Below, piece after piece: positions 62,001 to 64,000 of a stretch of 64,000 nucleotides of DNA; the first letter of the stretch is position 1; each line of letters starts with the position of its first letter. The stretch comes from Eledone cirrhosa (taxonomy: Eukaryota), in contig OZ024741.1 in NCBI GenBank assembly GCA_964016885.1, forward strand, positions 63,922,001-63,986,000, read 5' to 3'. Below the pieces are notes generated by a model. That model was not told the DNA's origin. It saw only the letters and a program-made list of their open reading frames with translations, and did no database searches. Made by a program: the position numbers and the translations under genes.

Positions 62001-62466
62001 CTTCCAGAAATCTCTGGCCTGGCAGTGCTACCGAGGGGCCTTTCCAGTTCGGGATAAACTCTACAGGCATGGAGGTGCCGTCAGCCGGGCATGTCCGAGA
62101 TGCGCGCAGGGCGACAAAACCGTCCTGCACGCACTCGTCCAGTGTCCTAAAATTGCTGACTTGTGGGTTTATGTCGAACACCTACTGTCGCGTGTAGGAC
62201 GGATCTGGCTATCATCTGAGTCCATTGTGAGGATTGCACCGCCCTTCTCCTTTAGCCGGGAAGGGCAGGCAGTTTTTACCTGTCTGGTGGCCATGGCGAA
62301 AGAGATAGTATGGTGGACACGTTTTAAAGGGCTGAAGACGAGCACTTACCTCTTCGGTGATGCCCTGATTGACTTTTTCAAATTTCATTTGAAAAGGAAA
62401 ATCAGAGTAGAGAGGGAAGTGCTCGCTTCCCAGCATTTTGTTGAAAGATTGGTGAGAGAAGCATGA
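59091..62466 (+). pseudogene. ORF2 (APE endonuclease, RT, C-terminal CCHC) with frameshifts at ~59690 and ~60955
   Basis: SINVRGL, ISETR, VYAP, VGDWN, LDRVF, GYWKLN, KSPGLDGLP, NFRPITL, LDQSKAFDRVDH, SVRQGC, AYADD, CPRC..TVLHALVQC. Confidence 0.92.
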
Positions 62467-62796
62467 ATGGCCCGAGTGAATCGGCCTACTCTGAGTATAT
62501 ATCTGTAAATTAAAGGTGGAAAACTGGGAGAGGGCACTTGCCTTGGTGGTCAGGGTCACTGTGGTCTTTTACTGGGCTGTCGCCACAAATATCCCTCCGA
62601 AGTCTGCCCCCTATTGGGGAATTTTTTCATTGTTATTTTTTGTTACATAATCTGTTTTTGTTTTTTACACGCATAAATGCCCATTTGTACCGTCCTGTAT
62701 TGTCCTGCACTGTTTTTAATGTCTACTTTATGTAAACCCTTTTGGTTAATAAAGAAATCATTATTATTATTATTATTATTATGATTATTATTATAA

Positions 62797-62983
62797 GGGG
62801 CTGGCAGTATCGGTAGAGGGTAACTCTATGCTTTGACGCATAGAGTTACGCCCCTTGTCATTCTGAGTTCAAATCCCGCCGAAGTTAACTTTGCCTTTCA
62901 TCCTTACGGAGTCCATAAAATAAAGTACCAGTAATGCACTGGTTAATTTCTGGCCTTGTGCCAAACGTAGAAACAATTATTAT
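62797..62983 (+). mobile_element. Main-family SINE
   Basis: Consensus match. Confidence 0.87.
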
Positions 62984-64000
62984 GCTTATTTATCTTTATA
63001 GCGTTTCATAGTACAATCGAGCACAGCTCTATGACCCTGAGGTATGTGTAGTGTTTTGTATTGCTTCTGTGTTTTCTGTTTATTTTATGTACTCTGTGCA
63101 GTTTCTAGCAATAAAACTTTCTATTTTGTGCATATATGAATAGCGTGAGATTTGTGATACTTATTATTGCAGAGGTTGTTTCTATTTCCACACGGGATAT
63201 CTCTATTCCCGGATTCTACACATAGTGTGCAGCTTAAGCTCAATATCGTAAAAGCCGTCTTATATTCAGACATATGGAAAACTCTATTATGCAATGTTCC
63301 CACTCTTTTCCGCGACAGATGTTACATTTCGCATTATGAAAACAGCGAATGAGAATTGCAAATCATTTTGATCATATGCTATTTTATTTATAGACTGACA
63401 ATCGTAATTAGCGAGAGATATGTTAACTGAAGTGAAGTGAAGTAGGGCAACTCAAACTGTATTAAACATATCTTTAATAAATCAGCTCTTCACGTGGACT
63501 TTACTGCAATTCCATGATGCGCACACTTTAGCTCATCCACATAGTGATATCGTTGTGCAAAGTTGACGTTTATTAGGCTATAAAAGGTTTAAAATTTAAT
63601 GTAATGTTTATCAGTAAATAATTACTCTTATAAATGGGTTGTGTCTTAACAAGACACATTGCTCTATCTTTCTAAACACTAAATGTTAATTGCGTCGTTT
63701 TAGCTAAATTATGAGCGATAAATATTTATTCACTGCACGTATTAAATAATCGGTCTTCAATTCAGTTAGCCATCAGCCTTCATAACTCCCAAATGGTCGA
63801 TCCAAATAATTGTGCTTAGTTTAATATATGGGTTTATATATATGCATACACACACACATACATATATATGTCTGTGTGTGCGCGTGTGTGTGAGAGAGAG
63901 AGAGAGAGGGAGAGAGAGAGAGAGAGTCCTGAGTTCAATCGGGGGTAACCACAGTAAGTAAGGTTTTCAATACATTGGTAGAGTGTAAACATCAAATTTA

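Larger units (their letters stand above)
56660..62760 (+). mobile_element. Near full-length Tx1/L1-clade LINE flanked by (ATT)n
   Basis: ORF1 plus ORF2; AATAAA at ~62748, then (ATT)n. The 5' boundary is inferred from the upstream (ATT)n. Confidence 0.85.

Overview
AT-rich eukaryotic DNA made almost entirely of repeats. The SINE set and the (TA)n/(CA)n/(CATA)n microsatellite load suggest an octopus or other cephalopod genome (inference). No host protein-coding gene is convincingly supported. Non-LTR retrotransposons present: two RTE-clade LINEs (4.8-7.9 kb and 13.8-15.4 kb, minus strand, with C-terminal C2H2 fingers); several R4/Dong-type RLE elements, including one with an uninterrupted 805-aa RT-CCHC-RLE ORF (10075-12492); and a near full-length Tx1/L1-clade element (~56.7-62.8 kb) plus degraded relatives. 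The window also holds more than 20 copies of one tRNA-derived SINE, RTE-derived non-autonomous elements and a few MITEs. The most interesting layer, which the ORF track does not show, is a set of small non-coding elements in or next to microsatellites. They carry type-I hammerhead ribozyme motifs from about five unrelated families: a canonical one at 8139-8231, a U3-A8 core variant at 343-427, one with a ~105-nt stem II in an inverted repeat at 12.9/13.3 kb, a back-to-back pair at 3.7-3.85 kb, and a half motif at 49.8 kb. Their permuted, partly inverted architecture resembles Penelope-type/retrozyme elements. A sister element with the same architecture (31.6-32.1 kb) carries a complete tRNA-like cloverleaf with a Pol III terminator instead of a hammerhead. 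All RNA folds were done by eye and none is experimentally shown.
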